A stretch of 64,000 bases of DNA from an uncultured Dehalococcoidales bacterium (GTDB lineage Bacteria; Chloroflexota; Dehalococcoidia; GIF9; UBA5629): the NCBI GenBank assembly GCA_964554375.1, contig CAZKOL010000002.1, forward strand, positions 14,476 to 78,475, given 5' to 3'. Each line of letters starts with the position of its first letter. Position 1 is the first letter of the stretch. Shown here piece after piece: positions 29,583 to 38,817 of this stretch. A program made the position numbers and the translations under genes. The notes under the pieces were generated by a model. It saw nothing but the letters and a program-made list of their open reading frames with translations. It made no database searches and was not told where the DNA came from.

Positions 29583-30410
29583 ATGCAGCAACTTGAGATT
29601 ATTGCCTTCGTGACCTCACTGGTGTCCCTGCAGATCGCAGTGGTTTTGTATATATGGGGTTTTATTTCCGCCACGTTGGGCAAGAGGCCGTCTGACAATA
29701 ATGCGTCGCGCTTCGCCATGCCTGTATTGTTACTGTCCTGGCTTGCACTCACAATTACGTTGATCGCTCATGCTATCCAGGCCGGGCATATCCCCGCCAC
29801 CGATATGTTCGAATTTTCCATGTCATTCGGCTGGGGCATACTGACGGTTATATTGGTTTTCAGGTGGTGGCACAAGAACGATATGATCAGCGCGGCGGGA
29901 GCGCTGGTGACCCTTGCCATGCTTGTTTATGCATTCACCCTGCCTGTCCAGCACCAGCCGTTGCCACCGGCGCTGAGCCAGACCTGGCTGCTTAATCTTC
30001 ATGTATCCTGCGCCATCATCGCCTATGGTTTATTTGCGCTCGGATTCGTTTGTGGTGTCCTCTATCTCACCAGGCGAAGGTTTGCCGCTCCCATTGTGCC
30101 CGCCCCTCAAATCCTCGATAGGCTGGGGTACCGCTCGGCATTAGCCGGCTTCTGCTTCATGACAATCGTTATCGTGGTTGGATCGGCCTGGGCTGAAATC
30201 GCCTGGGGCAGCTACTGGTCATGGGACCCCAAGGAGACCGCCGCGCTTGTGACATGGCTCATTTATGGAGGCTACCTGATCATGAGGCTGGCGCTTAAGT
30301 GGAGGGACAGCCCCAGCGCATGGTTCCTGGTCATCGGTTTCCTGGCCGTGCTGGTCACATTCTTCGGCAATTACTTTTTCGGCGGTCTGCACAGCTACGC
30401 TGCAACATGA
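29583..30410 (+). CDS. ccsA: Cytochrome c biogenesis protein CcsA/ResC (system II)
   Basis: WGSYWSWDPKET WWD motif, LHV and GLHSY His motifs. Confidence 0.92.
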   Translation: MQQLEIIAFVTSLVSLQIAVVLYIWGFISATLGKRPSDNNASRFAMPVLLLSWLALTITLIAHAIQAGHIPATDMFEFSMSFGWGILTVILVFRWWHKNDMISAAGALVTLAMLVYAFTLPVQHQPLPPALSQTWLLNLHVSCAIIAYGLFALGFVCGVLYLTRRRFAAPIVPAPQILDRLGYRSALAGFCFMTIVIVVGSAWAEIAWGSYWSWDPKETAALVTWLIYGGYLIMRLALKWRDSPSAWFLVIGFLAVLVTFFGNYFFGGLHSYAAT

Positions 30411-30467
30411 AAGCCCGCATGTAACCGGCAAACAGATTTCCCCGCAAACATATATATTGCTACGTCT

Positions 30468-30509
30468 CTATTCCACTGGCTACCTGGGTATCAGATCGTC
30501 TATCTCTGC
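30468..30509 (-). repeat. Degenerate copy of the 3' end of the R-M gene
   Basis: Translates AEIDDLIPR*PVE*, versus the R-M C-terminus AKIDELIPGWPVE* at 31672-31713. Confidence 0.65.
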
Positions 30510-30698
30510 TACTAACTCAAGCTGGCCCAACTTGTATGTCGGGCATTTCGCCGCTCAAGAGATGTCAGGCATTTGCGCATCGCTGGAATCGTTAGGCTTA
30601 GGCAAGGCTGTCCCGCAATTGCTGCAAAAGTTACTCTCCTCTTCAAGCCCGCGATTGGGACATTTTATTTTTATGGTTTACCCCTTTGGTGGTTGGGC

Positions 30699-31655
30699 TT
30701 ACACCTTTAGGAAATCATCCATCTTTTTAGTATTGAGGGCATGGGAAGGCGAAAGTTTTAGTATCTTGGCTATTATGAACTCAGTGAACCTTATGAAAGA
30801 AATCACATCATCATATACTGAGTCATACTCAGAAGAATGCTTGGCACTATTTTTCGGGTCGACTTCGGGAAAACTCCCAAAGTGGACGAGCCTATTTCTG
30901 ATTTTTATCCACTTCTCAATTTGCCTTCTATTCTCCTCTGTTATATTGTCCTTTATTTCGGACTTTACAAAAAGGAAAGCTACTTTATCAGACGAGTGTA
31001 TTCGCCTTAACCTGTCTTCTGGAAGCCATTCATGATTAAGAACCGCAAATAAATGCTCCCATATTATCCAGCAAAGAATAAAGGCTATATCCGGAGAACG
31101 ACTACGGAAAGCTTGTTGTGCTAAAAATAACAGATATCCCCTCTGGTATTTTTGTTTCCACTCTTCAGTCCCAATCAATTCATATATCTGATTAAGGCAT
31201 TTTTCGAAACCAATGTTGTAGCCGCTCAAAGGGTCGGTGGGGTCTATAAGTCGTTTCTCGTAAGGAATGGAGGCCCCAAGCACTCCCCCAGAGGGATAAA
31301 GCCGCGGGTCTGCTATTATTACCTTGCCGGTATCGTCATCAATTGCGTTATCGACCGCAAAGACATCACGCCTAGTAAAAATGGAGAGGAGGAGCAGGAT
31401 GTCACTCAGGGCAGTCTCGCTACTGTAAGCCCAGGCGAGAGCTGCCTCTTGTTCGTGTTCAGGGATTTCCACATATGCAGTTACGGCATGTTTTCCCGTA
31501 TTGGCATGAATCTCAAACTCTGAGTAAGATGTAATTAAGTGTTGCAGGCTGGTTATTCTATTCTGATAGTCATCTACCCTGGTAAACTGATATCCAAAGA
31601 TGGTCAAGTCAGGACAGTTACGAGAAAATTCTAGGTTGTAAACTTCTTTTCTCAT
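30699..31655 (-). CDS. Hypothetical protein with HEPN-type RxxxxH motif (ApeA-like)
   Basis: W..WEHL followed by RNRLVH; AT-rich; directly downstream of the R-M gene. Confidence 0.55.
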   Translation of the reverse strand: MRKEVYNLEFSRNCPDLTIFGYQFTRVDDYQNRITSLQHLITSYSEFEIHANTGKHAVTAYVEIPEHEQEAALAWAYSSETALSDILLLLSIFTRRDVFAVDNAIDDDTGKVIIADPRLYPSGGVLGASIPYEKRLIDPTDPLSGYNIGFEKCLNQIYELIGTEEWKQKYQRGYLLFLAQQAFRSRSPDIAFILCWIIWEHLFAVLNHEWLPEDRLRRIHSSDKVAFLFVKSEIKDNITEENRRQIEKWIKIRNRLVHFGSFPEVDPKNSAKHSSEYDSVYDDVISFIRFTEFIIAKILKLSPSHALNTKKMDDFLKV

Positions 31656-31671
31656 CCCACGAACTACTCCC

Positions 31672-34600
31672 TCACTCCACCGGCCACCCAGGAATGAGTT
31701 CGTCTATCTTTGCCATCCGCCGTATGGTCTCTTTAAGAGCGACCGCCATTTTCTGGTAATGGGTCAGCTCGTCATAGGTCAGTGTCCTACCTTTGCGGTC
31801 TTTGAGCCACTTCTGGCAGACCTGGTAGCCGCCGATATGGAAATTCCAGACTTCAGGCGGCACGCCCTCGAAATATTGTTCCTTATTGATGTACACTCTA
31901 CCAACTCTTTCATCATAGCTTACCTTATCCACTATATTTGAGCCTGCCACAGGGTACTTGGTGATAAGGTTATTCAGTAGGGGTGATTCCATGAGGTGAA
32001 GAGATACCAACTCGGTTCCTTTCGCTGCCAGCGACTTGAATAGGGCTCTATCGGAAGTCAGTGGCAGTCGCGGGAAGTCCATCTTGAGGAACTCGGCATA
32101 GCGGCTGCGGTAAGTGGGCGAGTGGAAGATGGCATAAGCGTAATTGAAGATATCCTCCGGACCAAAGGTCTGCTCAATGTCGCCTTTGCCATCTTCAACG
32201 AATTTTAGACCCAGCTTCTCCGAAACGGCCTTGATGAACTCAGTGTTCAGGTTGGGACGGCGGTGACCAGCCTCAAGCTGCATCTCGCCTGCGGTTGGGT
32301 AGAGGTAGAGGGGGACAAGGCTAGTAATATCATAGGCGGACAATGCTTTGTGTCCAATAACGAAGCGTGTGGCGAGAGTATCCCATTGGTCACGAGTCTG
32401 ACGCGTGATTAGTAACGACAGGTTCTTACCAGCAAGCATATGACGCATGACTTGTTTTACGGTGCGCCAGACTAAAGAGTCATGGTAGAAGATAAGCCTA
32501 GTATCGAAAGGGCGGTATAATACGGGCTTGATAAACTGCTCAAGGTTTTTTTCTTGTCTGATAAGTTGCCTTGCATGACTGACATTCCAACCCAGTTTTT
32601 GAGGTATTGCTAGTTGTTCACACACAACCGTGTCTGCTTCCTGTGAATCGCGAAACAGTGAAGCTCTTTCAATCAGCGGTTCCGCTTCAAAGTCAATTAC
32701 GATATCATCTCTAGCTGTAGTCATGCCAACGCCATTGACAGGGAAAATGTCAGTTATTTTCCAGCCCCTCATGTATTCATCTAATTCAGCTTCATCTCTC
32801 GGCATGAACAAATAAAATGGACTGGAGGGCTTAAGCTCCTTCCAATCAGACCTGTTGATATCTGTTTCAGCCAGGGCTTGATACTTGCCTTCCCGTATTC
32901 CCCATAGTTCGTCATAGTGAACTGTTGCAGGGCTATTCTTGCCCCGTTCTTTAACAAAAATACCAATAGCTACCCCTTGCTGGATATCGAATACATTCTC
33001 GTCCTTGCCGCCATCCGGGGCAACCTCTTTTTTCTTGGCGTTGCCGTGCAGGTTCAGGATGTATATATCGGTGAAAGTGCTCATCAGTGACTGCCGCAGG
33101 CCTCGGAAGGTGGGGTTATCCAGGTAGGAGTGGTTGGTAATGAAACCCAGGATACCCTGTCCCGTGCGCTCGATGCGCCATTGGCCAAATGCCAGGAATT
33201 TAACGTAGTCGTCCTGCAACCACTTGGGGTTCTTTTCACCCAGTGGCTTGCCATCAATGGTCTTGTATCGCTCCACCAGTCGTCTCGCCCAATCACCCTT
33301 GTTTGCCGAATGCCCGGAATAAGGCGGATTGCCCAGCACCACCATTATCGGCTCATCCTTCTTCACTCTGGCGGCCGCATTGGCTTCCTCGCTTATCCAC
33401 CGGGCAAATAGCGTATCTGAGTGTTTAATCGCCTCGTCCAGCGTATTGGTCAGGTATATACCCAGCCGCTGCTCACTCTCGAACTCGTAGCCCGTCTCCT
33501 GAAGCAAGAGGCCCAGCTTGAGATGGGCAATCGCGTATGGGGGCATTAGCAGTTCAAAGCCGAAGATGCGGGGTAAGAGCTTTTCCTCTACGTAGTTGTT
33601 CCACATGCCCTGCTGGCCTTTACCAGCCGTAGCTTGATAAATCTCGTTTATTATCTTGTAGAGGAAGGTTGCCGTGCCCACCGCCGGGTCCAGGATAAGC
33701 GTCTTCTCGTCCGCCAGCCCCTGCGGCTTATTGAAGCTGGTTTTTAAAAGGTAATCTATAGAGCGCACGATGTAGCTGACCACAGGCTCGGGCGTATAGT
33801 AAACGCCGCGCATCTCCCGTATCTTCGGATCGTAGGCTTTGAGGAAGGTCTCGTAGAAATGCACCACAGGGTCTTCTTTGCCGGAACGACGTCCGAAGTC
33901 TTTAAGTAGGCTATATATATCGGCTTGAGCCAGTAGCTGAGATAAATCGTCAACAAGCCATGCTATGCGGTCATCAAGGTCAGGTCCCGCAATCTGGTTA
34001 AAAAGCTTGCGCAGGAAAGGATTGGTTTTCGGCAGGAGATAAGCGGCATTCCGTCGGGTAAAATCCTTATTTTCAGGAGCAGTACAGCGGGCGGCAAACA
34101 AGCCGTAGGCAATGGTCTGCGCATACATATCGGCAAAATACTCGATCGACAGGTCAGGGATGAGGTTTTCTCGGAAAGCGGCAAGCTGGCTGTGCAGGCT
34201 GCCCTTTTCCGGTTCCTTCTCAAAAGCTTTAATGATGAGATTGCGAATCAGGTGTGCCTGCCGGGCCATACGCTGGGCCAATTCCCTGGGTGTACCCACG
34301 CCTGTGGCTTTATGTGCGAGAAAACTATCCAGAAGCTCGGCTACCGCCTGAATGCCGTCTTTATCCCGCTTAATACGGCCTTCTTTTGCGGCTGTACCGA
34401 GGCGCGCTGAAAGCCGGCGCTCGCCATTCACGTACCAGCGAAACTCAAGGTAATCGGTCAGGACAAGGTTACTGAGTGAATCGCGATAGCGTTTTAGCTG
34501 TTCCGATTTCTCCTCTTCATCGAGGTTCTTGTCGATATCCTTGGCCTCAATATAGCCAATGGTTGCTGAGCCTTTTCTGACGATGAAGTCAGGGGCGCCG

Positions 34601-34764
34601 CACTCGATATGTTTCGGCTCGTTGGTGGCGGTGATTCCCGTATCCAGGCGCTCAACCAGTGTTTCCAGCGCCGAACGGTGGGTGTGCTCGGTGGCATCAC
34701 CCTGCGCCAGCTTTTTCTCAATGGCGTTTATATAATGCTGAAATGGCTTCAAATCTTCCGCCAA
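31672..34764 (-). CDS. Single-polypeptide restriction-modification enzyme (nuclease, N6-adenine MTase, type ISP-like specificity domain)
   Basis: GAPDF...IEAK PD-(D/E)xK, GVYYTP, ILDPAVGT, GNPPY, YRPFD, IGGYQV.QKWLKDRK. Confidence 0.88.
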   Translation of the reverse strand: MAEDLKPFQHYINAIEKKLAQGDATEHTHRSALETLVERLDTGITATNEPKHIECGAPDFIVRKGSATIGYIEAKDIDKNLDEEEKSEQLKRYRDSLSNLVLTDYLEFRWYVNGERRLSARLGTAAKEGRIKRDKDGIQAVAELLDSFLAHKATGVGTPRELAQRMARQAHLIRNLIIKAFEKEPEKGSLHSQLAAFRENLIPDLSIEYFADMYAQTIAYGLFAARCTAPENKDFTRRNAAYLLPKTNPFLRKLFNQIAGPDLDDRIAWLVDDLSQLLAQADIYSLLKDFGRRSGKEDPVVHFYETFLKAYDPKIREMRGVYYTPEPVVSYIVRSIDYLLKTSFNKPQGLADEKTLILDPAVGTATFLYKIINEIYQATAGKGQQGMWNNYVEEKLLPRIFGFELLMPPYAIAHLKLGLLLQETGYEFESEQRLGIYLTNTLDEAIKHSDTLFARWISEEANAAARVKKDEPIMVVLGNPPYSGHSANKGDWARRLVERYKTIDGKPLGEKNPKWLQDDYVKFLAFGQWRIERTGQGILGFITNHSYLDNPTFRGLRQSLMSTFTDIYILNLHGNAKKKEVAPDGGKDENVFDIQQGVAIGIFVKERGKNSPATVHYDELWGIREGKYQALAETDINRSDWKELKPSSPFYLFMPRDEAELDEYMRGWKITDIFPVNGVGMTTARDDIVIDFEAEPLIERASLFRDSQEADTVVCEQLAIPQKLGWNVSHARQLIRQEKNLEQFIKPVLYRPFDTRLIFYHDSLVWRTVKQVMRHMLAGKNLSLLITRQTRDQWDTLATRFVIGHKALSAYDITSLVPLYLYPTAGEMQLEAGHRRPNLNTEFIKAVSEKLGLKFVEDGKGDIEQTFGPEDIFNYAYAIFHSPTYRSRYAEFLKMDFPRLPLTSDRALFKSLAAKGTELVSLHLMESPLLNNLITKYPVAGSNIVDKVSYDERVGRVYINKEQYFEGVPPEVWNFHIGGYQVCQKWLKDRKGRTLTYDELTHYQKMAVALKETIRRMAKIDELIPGWPVE

Positions 34765-34972
34765 GGCGCTACACCTCCAAAAAGTCCTGTAACTCCTTAC
34801 GTTTTTCTACCATTGGCGCCCATCATGCCTTCCATATCAGCTTAACCCTTAAAGCTTTGTACCTAAACCTCAGATACCCTTTGGCGGCATTATACTACAT
34901 GAACAGCTCACACGAAATAGTGCAAAGCACTATACTGCGGAGAACTTTCCACCAGGGAGGGTTCTATGATAC

Positions 34973-35000
34973 TTGACAATATGATACATTAGATTATAAT
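34973..35000 (+). promoter_or_regulatory. Consensus sigma70 promoter upstream of the NYN gene
   Basis: TTGACA-N16-TATAAT. Confidence 0.75.
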
Positions 35001-35015
35001 TAGCACAGTTGATTC

Positions 35016-35067
35016 CCCTACTTTTTCGTAGGTAGGGCACAAAAGCCGCTCTTTGAGCGGCTTTTGT
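35016..35067 (+). other. Two-hairpin structured leader or terminator-like element before the NYN gene
   Basis: CCCTACTT/AGGTAGGG stem and perfect 13-bp stem ACAAAAGCCGCTC-TTT-GAGCGGCTTTTGT. Confidence 0.55.
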
Positions 35068-35081
35068 ATTTGAGGATGTAG

Positions 35082-35738
35082 TTGACGGCTAATGTATACG
35101 TAGACGGTTTTAACCTGTATTACGGTTCGCTCGCGCATTCCCGCCATAAATGGCTGAATATAGCCACCATGTGCCATATTCTTTTACCCAGGCTTACTAT
35201 TAAGCACATTCGGTACTTCACCGCTATTGTCAAACCACTGGATCATGACCCAGGAGCTCCCCTGCGGCAAAAGATATATTTGCGAGCTTTAGAGACAATC
35301 CCTAATCTTAAAATAGTGCGGGGTCTATTTGTTGGATGGCCTCGTTTAATGCCCCAATATCCTCTTGCGTATACAGATCTTATTAGCCCCCCGAAGAATC
35401 CCCCTCAGAAAGTACAAATATTAAAGCGGGAGGAAAAAGGCTCTGACGTAAATTTGGCCTCATATTTATTAATAGATTGTTTCGATAAGGATTTTGATGA
35501 GGCTGTCGTAATATCCAATGATTCAGACCTTGCCACACCCATCGAATTTGTAGTTAGGAAATTTAAAAAATCAGTGATACTCGTGAATCCTGACCGGCAT
35601 AATCCACCAAGTGGAAAGTTGATAAGCGTGGCCAGTTCGCATATGCCCAAGATAAATAATAGTGTGTTAGAGAGGTCGCAATTCTCTGATACGCTCTCTG
35701 ATTCCCGCGGAAATTTTACGAAGCCAGCAAGCTGGTAG
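35082..35738 (+). CDS. NYN domain (LabA/DUF88, PIN-like) nuclease
   Basis: YVDGFNLYY, EEKGSDVNLA, ISNDSDL acidic motifs. Confidence 0.88.
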   Translation: MTANVYVDGFNLYYGSLAHSRHKWLNIATMCHILLPRLTIKHIRYFTAIVKPLDHDPGAPLRQKIYLRALETIPNLKIVRGLFVGWPRLMPQYPLAYTDLISPPKNPPQKVQILKREEKGSDVNLASYLLIDCFDKDFDEAVVISNDSDLATPIEFVVRKFKKSVILVNPDRHNPPSGKLISVASSHMPKINNSVLERSQFSDTLSDSRGNFTKPASW

Positions 35739-35755
35739 CGGGTTCGGTTTTTTAA

Positions 35756-35950
35756 AGCGTTTGTGTCAATATCATCTCTTCATCTAAAACAGCGCCGCGG
35801 CATTTCTTAAGGAAAATAAGGGATTATAGGGAATTCCACCGGCCGGACTTTATCTCTGTAACAAACACTGTTAAAAGCGGTGTGCAACTTAAGGATTTCG
35901 ATTTCTATTTTGATTACGTGGAAGCAAAATTTGCTGCGCTAGAATTCTAA
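35756..35950 (+). pseudogene. Startless C-terminal remnant, possibly of an AbiEii-like toxin
   Basis: Open frame ...SSKTAPRHFLRKIRDYREFHRPDFISVTNTVKSGVQLKDFDFYFDYVEAKFAALEF* whose stop overlaps the AbiEi-like stop; family call from memory. Confidence 0.45.
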
Positions 35951-36822
35951 AATCCACGGGGATAGTAAAGTCTCCATTCTTTTGAGTATTCCCTTTCTTT
36001 CATCTGATGGGTAAGATAGAAATCATATTTGAAATCAAATTGCTTTAACAACTCGATCTGAGTTTCTTTGTAAACTCCAGCTTTGTGAAGATAAAACCCG
36101 ATGGCCTGGTGATATGGGTAAATGTAGTTTAATTTTCGTAACAGGGCTGTAAGTTTATTGATCGAAACCCTTCCCTGGGCTTTCCGATATGTATTGAGAA
36201 CTTCGTATATTCCGCCAGCGTAAAATGGCCTTACAGCTATATCGATCAGCGTCCTTTCAATGTCGGTAACTTGTAATTTTTCATTTTCATCGGTGACAAT
36301 TTCCATGACCCCCCGCCTGTTGGTAAATTGCCCGTTGACCATACATATTTTGTAATCTTCGAATATAGCAGTATTGCTGGATATCCTGGCAGGGCTTGAA
36401 AACGCCCTGTCTATGCCGCTTTGCAACAATACATTATCACTGCGGGCCTTCTCTGATTGTTCAAAGTTGACGTATACAGTTTTGGGGACCTGTTCAGTTA
36501 AGTTGTGCAAAAAAGTGGCTGTATAGTGGGTTAAGTAAGAATTATTTTCTAAACTAAGCGCCAGGCTCAAAGTCGACGCATCGCCCCAGGTGAATCTTGT
36601 TACCCTCCTTATCGGAAAATCAAAATCAACCTTTTTTATTTTTGTATATAGAAGCATCAGTTTAATGAATTCCCGCGTGGTTAAGCTCACAGGGAGCCGC
36701 CAGAACCCCCTGTTTTTTTCAAGTATTATCGAGATATCCAGGTATGCGAATACATTCTTGCCAGAGTTATCAAACTCAGCAATGATGTCCCTTTTTGATA
36801 TCTGAAAACGTGACTTAGCCAT
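35947..36822 (-). CDS. AbiEi-like type IV TA antitoxin / transcriptional regulator
   Basis: YLTHYTA..LH.LT.Q.P and VTDIERTLIDIAVRP.Y.GG AbiEi motifs. Confidence 0.75.
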   Translation of the reverse strand: MAKSRFQISKRDIIAEFDNSGKNVFAYLDISIILEKNRGFWRLPVSLTTREFIKLMLLYTKIKKVDFDFPIRRVTRFTWGDASTLSLALSLENNSYLTHYTATFLHNLTEQVPKTVYVNFEQSEKARSDNVLLQSGIDRAFSSPARISSNTAIFEDYKICMVNGQFTNRRGVMEIVTDENEKLQVTDIERTLIDIAVRPFYAGGIYEVLNTYRKAQGRVSINKLTALLRKLNYIYPYHQAIGFYLHKAGVYKETQIELLKQFDFKYDFYLTHQMKEREYSKEWRLYYPRGF

Positions 36823-36837
36823 TTATACTCATACATT

Positions 36838-36865
36838 CTATAATAGGTATATATACCTATTATAG
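36838..36865. promoter_or_regulatory. Perfect 28-bp palindrome upstream of the AbiEi-like gene
   Basis: CTATAATAGGTATATATACCTATTATAG; a second 20-bp palindrome with the same core at 36923-36942. Confidence 0.6.
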
Positions 36866-37056
36866 TAATGAAATCAGCAAATGCCAGATACTGTATATTT
36901 AGTGTGCATATTATATTTTATTATATAGTATATATACTATATGGTCTTATTTTTAAGTTAAGTACCTGACCAACACCTATTTGGTTTTAGCTATATATGC
37001 AGTTGGGGTATAGTTAGTGAGCTATGACTTCATAGATCGGGGAGGATTTGCGTAGG

Positions 37057-37602
37057 TTAGTGTAGAGGCACGAGCTTCGCCCTGGAGAGTTTGACCAGGT
37101 AGATCACCAGAGAGACTGCGGCGTAGAGGAGACCCAGCAGGATCAGGCTGAACTTGCAGGCGGCGCAGTATGCGGCTACCTGCGGGTAGGGGTCAACAGG
37201 GCTGCCGTACATCATGGTTATCAGGGCGTAGTTCTCCACGGCATCGAAAATAGCCGCCAGCCACAGCCCCCAGGCCAGCAGCATGCCGAGATTGCGCCAC
37301 CCGCTTCGTGAGACGACCCCGGCGCCTATCACACAGGCCAAAGCTATGGTAGTTGAATACACGGGCATGTAAAGGTAATCGAAGCCCAGGTTAAAGCATG
37401 TCTGTAGCCTGGCCAGGGTATCCCAGGCGCCGATGATTGCAGATGATTTTGCCACGCTGCCGGCCAATTCGAAATCCACTATATTTGGTTTGAAAGGGCC
37501 GATCAGGCGGAATACCACGCTGATGCCTATGGTTGCGGCCAGCAGCCATAGAAAGGTCGGCAACCTCTTGCCCTGCGGTATGGTGTTCAGCGGATGGTAC
37601 AT
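37057..37602 (-). CDS. Hypothetical membrane protein
   Basis: Four TM segments, DY.Y...Y, D.VEN and KF motifs. Confidence 0.7.
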   Translation of the reverse strand: MYHPLNTIPQGKRLPTFLWLLAATIGISVVFRLIGPFKPNIVDFELAGSVAKSSAIIGAWDTLARLQTCFNLGFDYLYMPVYSTTIALACVIGAGVVSRSGWRNLGMLLAWGLWLAAIFDAVENYALITMMYGSPVDPYPQVAAYCAACKFSLILLGLLYAAVSLVIYLVKLSRAKLVPLH

Positions 37603-37654
37603 TTCAACAGCTTAATTATCTTCAGCCGGACAGCATTTGTCAACGACTACAAAT

Positions 37655-38809
37655 TTATTGTTTCCCCTGTCTGACACCCAGGACTACCTTGAACAGCAGA
37701 GTCAATACCAGCCCGCCCATTGCCCAGACGCCCATTGTTATGAGTATTTCAATCAGGGTAGGCGTGTACTCTGATATCTCGCCTAAAGGCGAGGGGATGA
37801 ATCCCGGTATGACGAGCCCGAGGCCCTTGTCGATCCAGATGGCGATGAAAACAGCCGCGCAGGCCAGTGCCAGGGTCCCGTGGTTTTTGCGCGACGAAGG
37901 TATGACCAGCATAACAATGGCTGTGCAGGCCAACAGGATGGAGGCCCATGTCCAGGGTACGAGGTTGTAATGGTTGTCCAATCCGAACAGCAGGTACTGG
38001 AAATGGGCCATAGCCTCGGGCGCCTGGCTATAAAAAACGGTAAAGACTTCCAGAATCAGGAAGAACACGGTTATGATGATGGCGTAGGCTACGATTTTAG
38101 CCACACTATCCAGGGCTTGGTTGCCCGGGTCGAAGCCGCCCCATTTTTTCATGGCCAGCGCCAGCAATATTAAAAGGGCGGGGCCGGAGGCGAAGGCTGA
38201 GGCCAGGAAACGCGGCGCCAGTAAAGCGGTCAGCCAGAAGAGCCGTGCCGCCAGGCCCGCATAAATGAATGCGGTGACCGTATGAATGCTGATCGCCCAT
38301 ACGATAGATACGATGGCCAGGGGTTTTAGCCAGGCCGGGGGCTCCACCTCTTTATATTCGGCATCCAGCGCCACCCAGCCCATGACAATGTTGAGCAGCA
38401 GGTAAACCGTGAGCACGACCACGTCCCAGAAAATAATTGAGCCGGGTGAGGGATAAAGGATAATATTAAAGACCCTGGCGGGCTGTCCAAGATCCACCAG
38501 GATGAAGGTAATTGCCACCAGGCAGGCCGCTACGGCCATGAACTCGCCCAGGATCAGTATGCGGCGGAACTCCCTAGTATTGTGCAGGTAATAGGGGATA
38601 ACCAGCATGACGGCGGAGGCGGCCACGCCGACGAAGAACGTGAAATTGGCGATGTACAGGCCCCAGGAAATGTCCCTGCTCAAGCCGGTTACAGCCAGGC
38701 CGATGTCCCACTGTTGAAGATAGGCGGCCAGGCCGGCGGCCATAAATAGGAGCAGGCCGCTTATCAGCAGCCAGTATTTCTTCCCGCCCTTCAGTATGTT
38801 TTCAATCAA
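37655..38809 (-). CDS. dsrP: DsrP (NrfD-family membrane subunit)
   Basis: WGLYIANFTFFVGVAASA, VDLGQP.R, SIHTVTAF, PRFLASAF. Confidence 0.92.
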   Translation of the reverse strand: MIENILKGGKKYWLLISGLLLFMAAGLAAYLQQWDIGLAVTGLSRDISWGLYIANFTFFVGVAASAVMLVIPYYLHNTREFRRILILGEFMAVAACLVAITFILVDLGQPARVFNIILYPSPGSIIFWDVVVLTVYLLLNIVMGWVALDAEYKEVEPPAWLKPLAIVSIVWAISIHTVTAFIYAGLAARLFWLTALLAPRFLASAFASGPALLILLALAMKKWGGFDPGNQALDSVAKIVAYAIIITVFFLILEVFTVFYSQAPEAMAHFQYLLFGLDNHYNLVPWTWASILLACTAIVMLVIPSSRKNHGTLALACAAVFIAIWIDKGLGLVIPGFIPSPLGEISEYTPTLIEILITMGVWAMGGLVLTLLFKVVLGVRQGKQ

Positions 38810-38817
38810 TGTAGATC

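Noticed and set aside
30420-37050. Autonomous mobile element or prophage
   Set aside because: No integrase, transposase, terminal repeats or phage genes seen; treated as a defence hotspot only
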